A DNA stretch of 64,000 nucleotides, from positions 992,001 through 1,056,000 of the forward strand of contig CAVXGK010000001.1 of NCBI GenBank assembly GCA_963761305.1, written 5' to 3'. Source of the DNA: an uncultured Gemmatimonadaceae bacterium. Its GTDB lineage: Bacteria > Gemmatimonadota > Gemmatimonadetes > Gemmatimonadales > Gemmatimonadaceae. A model generated the notes under the pieces. That model was not told the origin of the DNA, did not search any database, and worked only from the letters and a program-made list of their open reading frames with translations. Within the stretch, counting starts at the first letter, position 1. Every line of letters starts with the position of its first letter. Positions 45,393-54,786 of this stretch are shown here, piece after piece. The position numbers and the translations under genes are program-made.

Positions 45393-48053
45393 TCAGAGAC
45401 GGCGCAGCGCCTCGACCGGATCGGCGCGCATCGCGCGGCGCGCCGGGACGAGGCTGGCGAGAATCGCGACACACATTAGCGCGAGCGCCGCGAGGGCGAA
45501 TGTGGTCGGGTCTGTGGCCGACACACCGAAGAGCAGCGACCGAATGCCGCGCGTCGCGATGAGCGCCAACACACAGCCGACGGCGGCGCCAGCAGCGGCG
45601 ACCGTCGCCGCGCGGCCCAGCACATCTCGAGCGATATCGGCGGACGTCGCACCCAACGCAGCGCGCACGCCCATCTCGTGCGCGCGCTGGCTGACGACGT
45701 AGCTCATCACGCCGAAGATTCCGATCGCGCCGAGCAAGAGCGTGATCAGAGCAAAACCGCCGACGATGAGTGTCGTGAACCGCGGCTTGGCGACCGACTG
45801 GGAGATGACGTCGTCCATCGGCCGCACGGCGCTCACCGGCACGGATCGATCGATGGACGAGACGATCTCGCGCAGCTCTCGTCCGATCGCCGACGGATCA
45901 GCGCTCGTGCGAACGACGACCGACATCTCGGCCGGCGCGAAGGCGGTGCGCTGGCTGAACGGGATGTAGACCGCCATCGCCGACGTGTCGCGCAGACTGT
46001 CGAGCCGCACGTCGGGCACGACGCCGACGATCGTGATCCACGGACTCGCCCATGGATAGCCGATGCGTTTGCCGACGGCACTCTCGTTGGGCCAGAACCG
46101 GTGCGCCAGCGAGCGTGAGACGAGTGCGACCGGCGGCGCGCCGTCGCGGTCGTCGCCGGTGAACGTGCGCCCGTCCACGATCGGAATGCCGAGCGATGGG
46201 AAGTAGCCGGGCGTCACGGCTTGCACGTGATTGGCCGTCGGCAGTTCGTGCGTCGCGTCCTCGAACTGCCCCTGCACTCGCACGCCCATACCATAGACCG
46301 GTGCGGCGATCGGCAATCGATTGGCCAGTCCGACGCTGCTCACGCCAGGCGTCGCGGCGAGTCGGTCGAGCACCGTCGAGTAGAGCGCCGACGTGCGCGC
46401 TCGGTCGCCGTAGCTCGCCGCCGGCGGACTCACCCTCGCCGTCACCACTCGCTCGGCCCGGAATCCCGGCGAGAGATCACTCAGGTGTTGGAACGACCGC
46501 GTGAGCAATCCGGCCGTGATGGCGAGCAGCACCGCGAGCGCGACCTCACCGGCGACGAGCGTCGACGCCAATCGATGGTGAGCCACTCCGGTGCGAGTCA
46601 GATGCGCCGCGTCGATCGCCGTGCCCCCGCCTGGAGCGCCGCGCGCCGCTCGCAGCGCGGGCAGCAACCCGAACGCGATTCCGGTCGCGATCGCGAGGCT
46701 CGCCGTGAAGGCGAACACGCCGGCGTCCATTCGAATGTCGGTGGTGCGCGGCAAATTCTGCGGCAACGCGGCGATCACCCAACGTGTGCCGGCGACGGCG
46801 AGCGCGAGGCCGAGCGTCGCACCGGCGAGCGAGATGATCACGCTCTCCGTGAGCAGCTGACGCACGAGTCGCCCGCGCCCGCCACCGAGCGCGGCGCGCA
46901 CGGTGAACTCGCGCTCGCGGGCCGTGACACGCGCCAGCATCAGGTTCGCGAGATTGACGCACGCCACGAGCAGCACCACGCCGACGCACGCGAACAGGAG
47001 CAGCAGGGCCGGCCGCCCTTCGCCGACGAGACTCTGCTGGAGAAGATGCGCGCCGACCGTTCGCCCGTAGTCGGCGCCGGGATCCCACAGCGGATTCAAG
47101 CGACGGAACGAGGGAAGAACGCCGGCGAGCATGGTCGCCGCGCGCGCCGATGACACGCCGGGCGCGAGGCGCGCGATCCACCGGCCATTTCCTACGGCCC
47201 ACATCTGCCCCTGATTCGTCGCGTCGTACGTGAGCGGCGTCCAGAATCGCGCGCTCGTGGACGGAAACGCGAACGACGCCGGCATCACGCCCACGACCAT
47301 CGACTGCACTCCGTCGACGAGCACGTATCGGCCTACGATGCGCGAGTCGCCGCCGTAACGCTCCATCCAGAGCGAATGCGAGAGGAGAATCGCGCCGCGG
47401 GCGCCGGGACGGTTCGCGTCGGCGTCGAACGCGTGACCGATCTCGGGTGCGACGCCGAGCATCGAGACGAGATTCGGCGTGATGAAGAATCCGTCGAGCC
47501 GGGCGGCCTCGCGATCGTCGCTGTACGTGACGCTGCGCGGACGAATCATCGCGAGGTCCGACAGCCCGACGTTTCTCTGTCGCAGCGCGAGCATCTCGCC
47601 GATCGATCCGACGACGTTGGCGTCGATCGTCACCAGGTTCTGCGGCTCGCGGTACGGGAGCGGCTCGATCAGCAGCGCGTTGACGAACGAGAAGATCGTC
47701 GCGTTCGCCGCGATCGCCACCGCCATCGTGGCCAGCGCCGTGACGGCGAAGCTCGGCGCCCGGCGCAACGAGCGAAGGGCGAAGCGTGCGTCCTGCCCAA
47801 CGTCGGAGAGCCATTCGCCGCGAACCCGCCGGCGTTCGCGAGTTCGGTCGATCGCGCGCAGCTCGGCGACGACGCCCTCGACGTCACCGAATCGTTCGCG
47901 CGCTGTGTCGCGCGCGAGGTTCGGGTCGAGTCCGGCGCGCAGCGCCTCCTGCTCGCGCATCTGCAGGTGGTGGCGGACTTCGTCCTGAACGTCCTCGGTG
48001 GATCGGCGGCGCACGAGATCGCGGTAGCGGCGCCACATCGGTTCCCTGCTCAT
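45393..48053 (-). CDS. ADOP-type duplicated ABC permease
   Basis: ATG 48053 overlaps the PadR stop (ATGA); prefix domain EVRHHL..RERFGD; DARFALRSLRRAPSF; LLVACVNLANLMLAR; HEMGVRAALGA. Confidence 0.92.
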   Translation of the reverse strand: MSREPMWRRYRDLVRRRSTEDVQDEVRHHLQMREQEALRAGLDPNLARDTARERFGDVEGVVAELRAIDRTRERRRVRGEWLSDVGQDARFALRSLRRAPSFAVTALATMAVAIAANATIFSFVNALLIEPLPYREPQNLVTIDANVVGSIGEMLALRQRNVGLSDLAMIRPRSVTYSDDREAARLDGFFITPNLVSMLGVAPEIGHAFDADANRPGARGAILLSHSLWMERYGGDSRIVGRYVLVDGVQSMVVGVMPASFAFPSTSARFWTPLTYDATNQGQMWAVGNGRWIARLAPGVSSARAATMLAGVLPSFRRLNPLWDPGADYGRTVGAHLLQQSLVGEGRPALLLLFACVGVVLLVACVNLANLMLARVTAREREFTVRAALGGGRGRLVRQLLTESVIISLAGATLGLALAVAGTRWVIAALPQNLPRTTDIRMDAGVFAFTASLAIATGIAFGLLPALRAARGAPGGGTAIDAAHLTRTGVAHHRLASTLVAGEVALAVLLAITAGLLTRSFQHLSDLSPGFRAERVVTARVSPPAASYGDRARTSALYSTVLDRLAATPGVSSVGLANRLPIAAPVYGMGVRVQGQFEDATHELPTANHVQAVTPGYFPSLGIPIVDGRTFTGDDRDGAPPVALVSRSLAHRFWPNESAVGKRIGYPWASPWITIVGVVPDVRLDSLRDTSAMAVYIPFSQRTAFAPAEMSVVVRTSADPSAIGRELREIVSSIDRSVPVSAVRPMDDVISQSVAKPRFTTLIVGGFALITLLLGAIGIFGVMSYVVSQRAHEMGVRAALGATSADIARDVLGRAATVAAAGAAVGCVLALIATRGIRSLLFGVSATDPTTFALAALALMCVAILASLVPARRAMRADPVEALRRL

Positions 48054-48397
48054 ACGGCCACCGGCCGAGTCGTCGACTTGAGCACCTTGCCGACGGCAGC
48101 CGCGTAGCGCCACCAATCACGAGCGTCGGTTGCGAGCTGTTCGCGCCCCTTGGCGGTGAGCTGATAGAACTTGGCGCGGCGATTGTTCTCGGAGGCCCCC
48201 CACGTCGCCTTGACCCATCCTTTGTCCTCCATCCGATGCAGCGCCGGATAGAGCGACCCTTCCTCGAGACGCAGGACGTCGTCGGCCGCATCCTGGATCC
48301 AGCGGGCAATGGAGAATCCGTGTTGCGGTCCCCACGAAAGTGCCTTGAGCAGGAGGAGCTCGACCGCTCCGTGGCGGAACTCGATCGTCGTCGGCAT
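48050..48397 (-). CDS. PadR family transcriptional regulator (acidobacterial type)
   Basis: ATG 48397 after AAGGAGAGG; GAVELLLLKAL..HGFSI..EEGSLYPALHRME..SENNRRAKFYQLT. Confidence 0.93.
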   Translation of the reverse strand: MPTTIEFRHGAVELLLLKALSWGPQHGFSIARWIQDAADDVLRLEEGSLYPALHRMEDKGWVKATWGASENNRRAKFYQLTAKGREQLATDARDWWRYAAAVGKVLKSTTRPVAV

Positions 48398-48408
48398 TCG
48401 GCGGCCTC

Positions 48409-48462
48409 TCCTTGGCATGTCTATGGGAATCGACGTGCTGGTTCCCTAGAGTTGACTAGTGA
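48409..48462. promoter_or_regulatory. Two imperfect palindromes, candidate PadR operators
   Basis: TCCTTGG-catgt-CTATGGGA (48409-48428) and TCCCTAG-agttga-CTAGTGA (48443-48462) directly upstream of padR; the first overlaps its RBS. Confidence 0.5.
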
Positions 48463-48498
48463 GACACCGGCTGCCGGCGAATGGTTGGGTCGCTACGG

Positions 48499-50805
48499 CT
48501 ACCGGCGACGCCGAAACACGAACGCGACGTCCTGATGTCCGTGCTCGGCGCACGGACCGTCGATCGTTCCCCCGCCCTCGAGCAGGGTCCCGGCGTTCCA
48601 GAGCTCGAGGTCGAGGGCGATGGTCGCCGTGCAGTTGTTCTTCGGCGGGTATACGATCGGGAACGCGATGTGAACCGCGCGCCCGTTGCGCGTCGCGGTC
48701 ACGGGACCGGCAACTCGAAGCGAGTCGATGCTCAGCGTGGCCGACGGCTTCGTCGCCACGTTGCGGAGCGTGACGGCCATGCCGAAATGAGCACCGCCGA
48801 TTCGCGCCTCACCCGCCCAATTTCCGTCGAGCGTTCCTGCGGTCGTGTCCGGCACGGGCGCGCCCCTGCCTGGGAGCGTGAACGCGAGAACGTAGTCGCC
48901 CGACGTCGTGTGCAGCCGATCGTGTCCGCCCGCGGCGATCACGACGTACTGGCGCCCGTTTGCGACGTACGTCATCGGCAGCGCGTTCCCGGCGGCGGGA
49001 AGCGGCGCGCCCCACAGTTCCTTCCCGTTCTCGACGTCGAACGCGCGCAAATGCTGGTCGTAGGTGCCGGCGATGAACGCGAGGCCACTCGACGTCAGCA
49101 GCGCGCCGCCAAGATTGAACGAGCCCAGTCCATGCGGCTCGCTCGAGCCGCGAACGCGGAGTTCCGAAATCGTCCTGCCTTGCCCGGGAAGCGGTGGCAA
49201 ACTGCCAAGCGGCACCCACCACTTCACGCGCCCGGCGTTCAGGTCGATGGCGGTGAGCGCGCCCCACGGCGGCGGTGTACAAATTCTCAAATCCTCACGG
49301 ACCATCGCGTAGGGCGTCCCGGTTTGACGCCCATATTCGACTTCCGGCCGGGCGCTGGCGATGGCATGCAGACTGTCGCGCGGAAACAGGCGCACGACCA
49401 TCGCCAGGCGATTCGTTGGCGCGATGAGCAGGCCGCGGCGTTCGTCGATCGACACGCCCGACCAATTCACGCCACCGAGGTTCCCCGGCCAGATGATCGT
49501 CCCCTGTTGCGACGGCGGTGTGAAGACTCCGTGATAGCGGAGCGACGCGATTCGCCGACGGCAATCGGCAGCGGCGGAATCAGTCACGCCGAATGCGTCT
49601 TTGGCAGAAAGGCTCTCCGGCACGAGTCGAAACGCGGGCGGCGGAAACGGCTGCGTCGGCGACGCTTTCTCTCCCGGCACGTCGCTCGGCGGCACCGGTA
49701 GCTCTTCGACCGGGAACAGCGGCTTGCCGTCGCGACGGTCGAGCACGAACACGTGGCCCATCTTCGTGCCGATCGCGACGGCGGGAATCGACGCGCCGCC
49801 GCGGTGCAGCGTGAACAACACCGGCTGCGCCGGCACGTCGTAGTCCCACAAATCGTGGTGCACGACCTGGAACGACCACAGGAGCGCTCCGGTCGAGGCA
49901 CGCAGCGCGACCACCGAGTTCGCGTACCGATTGTCGCCGAGCCGCTCACCGCCGTAGAAGTCGGGGCTCGCGCTGCCGACCGGTATGAAAACGAGATCGC
50001 GCGCCGAATCCGCGGAGAAAATACTCCAGGCGTTCGCGGCGCCGGTATCGTGCGCCTTCGGTCCGATCCACGTCGCGTAGGCCGGATCGCGTGCGTCGCG
50101 CGGAACGGGATCGAACGACCAACGCAGCGCGCCGGTGCGCACGTCGAAGGCGCGAATCACGCCGTCAGGTGCGTCGATTCTGTGATTGTCCGGCACCGCC
50201 GAGCCGACGATCACCAGATTGCCGACGATCGTCGGCGGCGACGTGACGCCGTACTCCCAGTGAAACTCCGGCTTGTGGCGGAGCCCGACGGTGAGATCGA
50301 CGACGCCCTTGTCGCCGAAGTCGGTGCACGGCGCGCCGGTCTTGCCGTCGAGCGCGATGAGCTGAGCGCTGACCGTCGCGACGAAAATGCGCACGGCACA
50401 ACGCTCGTTCGTACGACCGCCCGTCCAGGCGCCGACGCCGCGGTTGGCGAAATCGCCGAAATCGCCTCCGAAATCCACCGGCCCATCGTACTTCCACCGC
50501 TCGGCGCCCGTCGCGGGGTCGAGGGCCAGCACACTGCCAAGCGGAGTCGACACGTAAAGCGTACCGCGCACGAGCAGCGGCGTGGCCTCGAAACGGCCGC
50601 GTTCACCGAGAAAATCTCCGGTGCGCATGACCCACGCGAGCCGAAGGTCTTTGACGTTCGCGGACGTGATCTCAGCCGCCGGCGAGTAACGTGTTCCGCC
50701 TGCGTCGTTGCCGTACGCGGGCCACTCGGTGGCGCGCGGCGATTGCGCGCCAACCGCGCTGCCCGCCACGAGAAGAGCGACGACGACGCAGATCGCGCGG
50801 TTCAC
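48499..50805 (-). CDS. Soluble periplasmic PQQ-dependent dehydrogenase (glucose/quinate type) with an extra C-terminal beta-rich domain
   Basis: GTG 50805 next to the upstream stop; W.AYGND.GG.RYS, FEATPL, NRGV, HHDLWDYD and PPWGAL motifs. Confidence 0.9.
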   Translation of the reverse strand: MNRAICVVVALLVAGSAVGAQSPRATEWPAYGNDAGGTRYSPAAEITSANVKDLRLAWVMRTGDFLGERGRFEATPLLVRGTLYVSTPLGSVLALDPATGAERWKYDGPVDFGGDFGDFANRGVGAWTGGRTNERCAVRIFVATVSAQLIALDGKTGAPCTDFGDKGVVDLTVGLRHKPEFHWEYGVTSPPTIVGNLVIVGSAVPDNHRIDAPDGVIRAFDVRTGALRWSFDPVPRDARDPAYATWIGPKAHDTGAANAWSIFSADSARDLVFIPVGSASPDFYGGERLGDNRYANSVVALRASTGALLWSFQVVHHDLWDYDVPAQPVLFTLHRGGASIPAVAIGTKMGHVFVLDRRDGKPLFPVEELPVPPSDVPGEKASPTQPFPPPAFRLVPESLSAKDAFGVTDSAAADCRRRIASLRYHGVFTPPSQQGTIIWPGNLGGVNWSGVSIDERRGLLIAPTNRLAMVVRLFPRDSLHAIASARPEVEYGRQTGTPYAMVREDLRICTPPPWGALTAIDLNAGRVKWWVPLGSLPPLPGQGRTISELRVRGSSEPHGLGSFNLGGALLTSSGLAFIAGTYDQHLRAFDVENGKELWGAPLPAAGNALPMTYVANGRQYVVIAAGGHDRLHTTSGDYVLAFTLPGRGAPVPDTTAGTLDGNWAGEARIGGAHFGMAVTLRNVATKPSATLSIDSLRVAGPVTATRNGRAVHIAFPIVYPPKNNCTATIALDLELWNAGTLLEGGGTIDGPCAEHGHQDVAFVFRRRR

Positions 50806-50806
50806 A

Positions 50807-51721
50807 CTACGGCTGGTTGCCCGCGACCACCGGCAGTTTGCGCCGAGCCCAATCTTCATAGGATCCGTCGTACAACTTGGCGGTGTAGCCGAGCGAGCGG
50901 GCGACGAGATACGTCATGCTCGCGCGCAAGCCGATCCAGCAGTATGTGACGACCGTGTCGCTCTTCGCGGCTCGCGCGCCATACACCGACGCCAGGGTGC
51001 TTGCATCCTTGAAGATCCCAGCGTCGGGGTCCTGAAAGAATTCCTGCCACTGGAGCTGGCGCGCTCCGGCGACGTGCCCGGCGCTCGGCATTCCATGATG
51101 ATCTCCGCTGCCCGTGTACTCGCCGTCCGTGCGCGTGTCGATGAGCCGGACATTCGGTGACTTGGCGTGCGCCATGATCCAATCCGCGTCGGCGACAAGC
51201 TCCGGGTGCGGGTGCACGACGAGATGTCCTGGTGCGACTGTCGCGACGGCGTCGGAGAGTTGATGTCCCGCGGCGAGCCACGCCGCCGCGCCGCCGTCGA
51301 GCACGGAGACGCGATCGAGTCCCGCGTAGTCGAGCGTGAAGAACGCGCGCGACGCGAGGAGCGGCGTCGCGCCGTAGATCACTACGCGACTGCCGTTGGA
51401 GATTCCCACGCGCGCCAGCACCGTCTGCAACGCATCGGGGCTCGGCAGCTCGGCGTTGTTGCCGTCGCGTTGAATGGCGATGTCGTCGTAGCGCAGGTAT
51501 CGCGCGCCGGGAATGTGGGCGCGGCGGAACGCTGTGTCCGAACGGTCGACGTCGAGGACGACGAGGGAGGGATCGGATGTACGTGCCGCGAGCCACTTCG
51601 CCGAGACGATGATCGAGTCGCGCGGCGGGTGTTGGGCGGCGACGGTCGATGCCGACGCGAACACGATCAGTGCGCTGCTGATCGACTGGACGACACCACG
51701 AAGCGACGGCTCGACGCGCAT
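50807..51721 (-). CDS. Exported tandem-domain rhodanese/sulfurtransferase
   Basis: Signal peptide; HIPGA, VLDGG..AW, GHVAGA, active-site loop YCWIGLRA, LYDGSYEDW. Confidence 0.88.
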   Translation of the reverse strand: MRVEPSLRGVVQSISSALIVFASASTVAAQHPPRDSIIVSAKWLAARTSDPSLVVLDVDRSDTAFRRAHIPGARYLRYDDIAIQRDGNNAELPSPDALQTVLARVGISNGSRVVIYGATPLLASRAFFTLDYAGLDRVSVLDGGAAAWLAAGHQLSDAVATVAPGHLVVHPHPELVADADWIMAHAKSPNVRLIDTRTDGEYTGSGDHHGMPSAGHVAGARQLQWQEFFQDPDAGIFKDASTLASVYGARAAKSDTVVTYCWIGLRASMTYLVARSLGYTAKLYDGSYEDWARRKLPVVAGNQP

Positions 51722-51815
51722 CCATTCATCCTGTTGGCGAATGCCAACGAAGATGCGGCGCGGCGGGCGGCCCGTCGAGTGGCCGAAACCGTGGGCGAGT
51801 CGTCAATTCATCGCC

Positions 51816-52469
51816 ATGACCGAGTACAAGCCGACGCTGTTCGACCGCCAGGGACCCGACGCGACCCACTTCCTCGAGGCCTGGGGATACGGGGTGCTGA
51901 TTTTCGGGCTGGTGACCGGCGTCTTGATGGCTCGGATCGGGTTTCACTGGTGGGAGCCGCTGGTCGGCGCCGGCTTTGGAGCAATGGGCGGCGGAGCTGG
52001 CTGGTTCATCGGGAATGGATTCGGAGTCGCGTGGAAGGCCGTCGCCGTAGACGGGTCGAGCACGCCGTACGAACGACAGTTCTCATACGAGCAAGCGCTC
52101 GTGATGCAGGGACGCGTCGACGATGCGCTGACGTCGTTCGAGGCGGTGATCGCGGCCGAGCCGGCGCTGGTCGGCGCGCGCATCAAGGCGGCGGAGCTCT
52201 ACGTCAAGGAACGGGCGAACTACGTCCGCGCAGCCGAACTGTTCCGCGAGGTGTCGCGCCTGCCGTCGCTCACGAGCGGCGACGACGTCTACGTCACGAA
52301 TCGGCTCGTGGACCTCTACCTCGGGCCGCTGAACGATCCGGGCCGAGCGATGGTCGAGCTGGCCCGTCTCATCGACCGGCGGCCGGGATCGGCTGCCGCC
52401 GACCACGCCCGGCGGAGTCTTGCCGATCTCAAGTCGCGTCTGAAAGTTGAGTCGGGCAAGGAGACGTAA
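51816..52469 (+). CDS. Membrane protein with C-terminal TPR-like domain
   Basis: ATG 51816; two N-terminal hydrophobic helices; helical TPR-like region (ALVMQGRVDDALTSFE..ARIKAAELY). Confidence 0.7.
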   Translation: MTEYKPTLFDRQGPDATHFLEAWGYGVLIFGLVTGVLMARIGFHWWEPLVGAGFGAMGGGAGWFIGNGFGVAWKAVAVDGSSTPYERQFSYEQALVMQGRVDDALTSFEAVIAAEPALVGARIKAAELYVKERANYVRAAELFREVSRLPSLTSGDDVYVTNRLVDLYLGPLNDPGRAMVELARLIDRRPGSAAADHARRSLADLKSRLKVESGKET

Positions 52470-53494
52470 TGCACAGAATTCGAATCGCGATCGGAGCCGC
52501 GACGGTTGTCGGGTTTCTCGCCGCGTGCGCGGCGGTGGCCCAGACGCCGGGACGCGTCGTGCGAGGCACGGTGCGCGATTCGTCGTCGGGACAGCTCTTG
52601 AGCGGAGCAATCGTCGAGTTGGTCGGAGCCGCGACGCGCGCGACGACGCGCAGCGACCAGCAGGGCGAGTTCCAGTTTGCGCGTCTGCAGGGTGGCCAAT
52701 ACCGTCTGACGGTGCGCCAGATCGGCTTCGTCGAGACGAGCCGCGATCTCGACGTTTCGACGCGAGACGCCTCGGTCTCGATCTCGCTGAACCCGACGTC
52801 GCAAAGACTCGACACGGTGCGAGTGCGGGCGCACGTCACCGCGGTGTACGGTGTCGTCGGTGCGACAGCCGGGCTGCGCCTCATTCCTGACGCGACCGTT
52901 CAGATCATCGGCGCGCAGCAGAAAGCGACCACCGACACTGCGGGACGATTCTTCGTTGCGCTCAAGAAGGGCGGTTCCTACTTCGTGCGCGTTCGCCACG
53001 CGGGGTTCGCCGATCAATTCATCCCGGTCGAGGTGCCGAACGATCACGCCGTCGAAACGTTCGTCTTGCTCGACTCCGGCACGGTCGCCACCGGCGCCGA
53101 CGCGCTATGGGACGAGTTCGACGAGCGGCTGCGCTGGGAAGGACAGCACGGTGCGCTCGTTCCCGGCGAGCAAATCACGCGATGGGGCGGCTCGGCGTCC
53201 GACGCGATCCGGGGCTCGCAGGCGTTCGTAAGAAAGGGACTTCAGCTGACTTCAAACGTCTGCTTGTTCGTGAATGGCGTGCCAAAGCCGGGCTGGCCGT
53301 TGGACGCCATTCCGCCCGAGCAGATCGCGACGGTCGAGCTCTACACTGCAACCGGTGACGAAACGAACACGCTCTTTTCGAGATGGCCCCCACACGCGCA
53401 GTGCGGCATCAGCTCTGGGGGCGCGTCCTCGCCGCTCAGCCCGTTCGAGCGGAAATCAGTCATCCGATACGCCGTGATCTGGCTGAAGCAGTAG
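52469..53494 (+). CDS. Exported protein with two carboxypeptidase-regulatory-like domains and a TonB-plug-like C-terminus (no barrel)
   Basis: TAATG overlap; VRGTVRDS..LSGAIV..SDQQGEF..YRLTVRQIGF, repeated once; CLFVNG..LDAIPPEQIATVELY. Confidence 0.7.
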   Translation: MHRIRIAIGAATVVGFLAACAAVAQTPGRVVRGTVRDSSSGQLLSGAIVELVGAATRATTRSDQQGEFQFARLQGGQYRLTVRQIGFVETSRDLDVSTRDASVSISLNPTSQRLDTVRVRAHVTAVYGVVGATAGLRLIPDATVQIIGAQQKATTDTAGRFFVALKKGGSYFVRVRHAGFADQFIPVEVPNDHAVETFVLLDSGTVATGADALWDEFDERLRWEGQHGALVPGEQITRWGGSASDAIRGSQAFVRKGLQLTSNVCLFVNGVPKPGWPLDAIPPEQIATVELYTATGDETNTLFSRWPPHAQCGISSGGASSPLSPFERKSVIRYAVIWLKQ

Positions 53495-53519
53495 AGCGCC
53501 TCAGCCTCCGCCCGACGAG

Positions 53520-54662
53520 CTATTTGCCGATCAAGAGAATCGTGAACGACCCCGGGATCGCCGGGGCCTGACCTCCCCGCCCGCCGCCCGGCGGAGGCGG
53601 CGGAGCCGCTCCGCGCTCGACGCTCATCGTCAGGATGTGATTCGTCTTGGAGTCGAACGCGATCGTCCGTGCGCCGAGCATCGTCGGCAGGTTCTCTTCG
53701 ACCACGAAGTCCGTCGGCGAATTCTCCTTCACGACGGTGAGCGTGCCGTTGCCGTTGGTGCTGAACGCCTCCATCGTCGCCGAGTTGAACGTCGCGCCGT
53801 CGGAGCCGCCGGCAAGCGGCAGCGTCGCGAGAATCTTGCCGTCCGTCGCGCTCATCACGACGAACTTGGGTGCGGCCGGCTGCGCCGGCGGATTCCCCGA
53901 CGACGCGCACGCGGCGAACAGCACGTGGTTCTTGGCGTCCAAGGCGAGACCATTGCAGCTGCCGATGTCCGGGAACGGGTAGAACGCCGTCTTCTTCATC
54001 GTCTTGACGTCCACGACGGTGACGCCGCCTGCCGGCCGCTCCTGCATCACGACATACATCGTCCCCTTCCCGTCCGCCACGGCCTGTTCAGGCGTGCCGC
54101 CGAGGTCGATTCGACCGAGTACGGTGCCGTCCTTGGAGTCGATGACGGTGGCGTCCTTCGTCGGATGGCTGAAGATGTAGACGCGATCGTTGAACGAGTC
54201 GAAGAGGATGCCGTCGGGGCCGACGCCGGAGTCGATCGGGATGCTCTTGAGCACCGCCAACGATTTCGTGTCGAACATCGTGATTTGCGGCCGGCTGCTC
54301 GAGAAGCCGTGTCCCGATTTCGGATCGACCGCGACGCCTTGCCCCTGCGTGTTCGGCGCCGTCGGGATCTCGCCGACCAGCGTCAGCCGATCGAGGTCGA
54401 ATACGCTGATGCGCGCCACGACCGCGGGACGCTCGGGGCTCGAGTCGGTCGCCGGCACCGCGCGCACGGCACCGCGTGGGATGTAGAGACGGCGCCCCAC
54501 CGCGTCGGCGAAGATGTAGTCGGTGCCGCCTTCACCGCCGACCCGCGCCCTCGTGAGCACCTTGTACGGACCGTCGGTCGACGGCGCTTGCGCCGTAGCG
54601 GAGGCGACGGCGCAAATCGCGAGCGGCGCGGCGATCGCGAAGGCGAATACGACGTGTTTCAT
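53520..54662 (-). CDS. YncE/YVTN-like exported beta-propeller protein
   Basis: Signal peptide; GGEGGTDY..D...RRLY; GPDGILFD..NDRVY; T..GARTIAFD. Confidence 0.8.
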   Translation of the reverse strand: MKHVVFAFAIAAPLAICAVASATAQAPSTDGPYKVLTRARVGGEGGTDYIFADAVGRRLYIPRGAVRAVPATDSSPERPAVVARISVFDLDRLTLVGEIPTAPNTQGQGVAVDPKSGHGFSSSRPQITMFDTKSLAVLKSIPIDSGVGPDGILFDSFNDRVYIFSHPTKDATVIDSKDGTVLGRIDLGGTPEQAVADGKGTMYVVMQERPAGGVTVVDVKTMKKTAFYPFPDIGSCNGLALDAKNHVLFAACASSGNPPAQPAAPKFVVMSATDGKILATLPLAGGSDGATFNSATMEAFSTNGNGTLTVVKENSPTDFVVEENLPTMLGARTIAFDSKTNHILTMSVERGAAPPPPPGGGRGGQAPAIPGSFTILLIGK

Positions 54663-54786
54663 CGGCGAATTCCCGGACGGGGAGGCAGAAGCGCGAGCGC
54701 AGGCATCCGGGCACGGTGCGGCGGCGGCGCCCCGCTGTCAAGCACGCGCGGTGGCGCCGGACAGATTGTCAGGTGGAGGACAGCCG

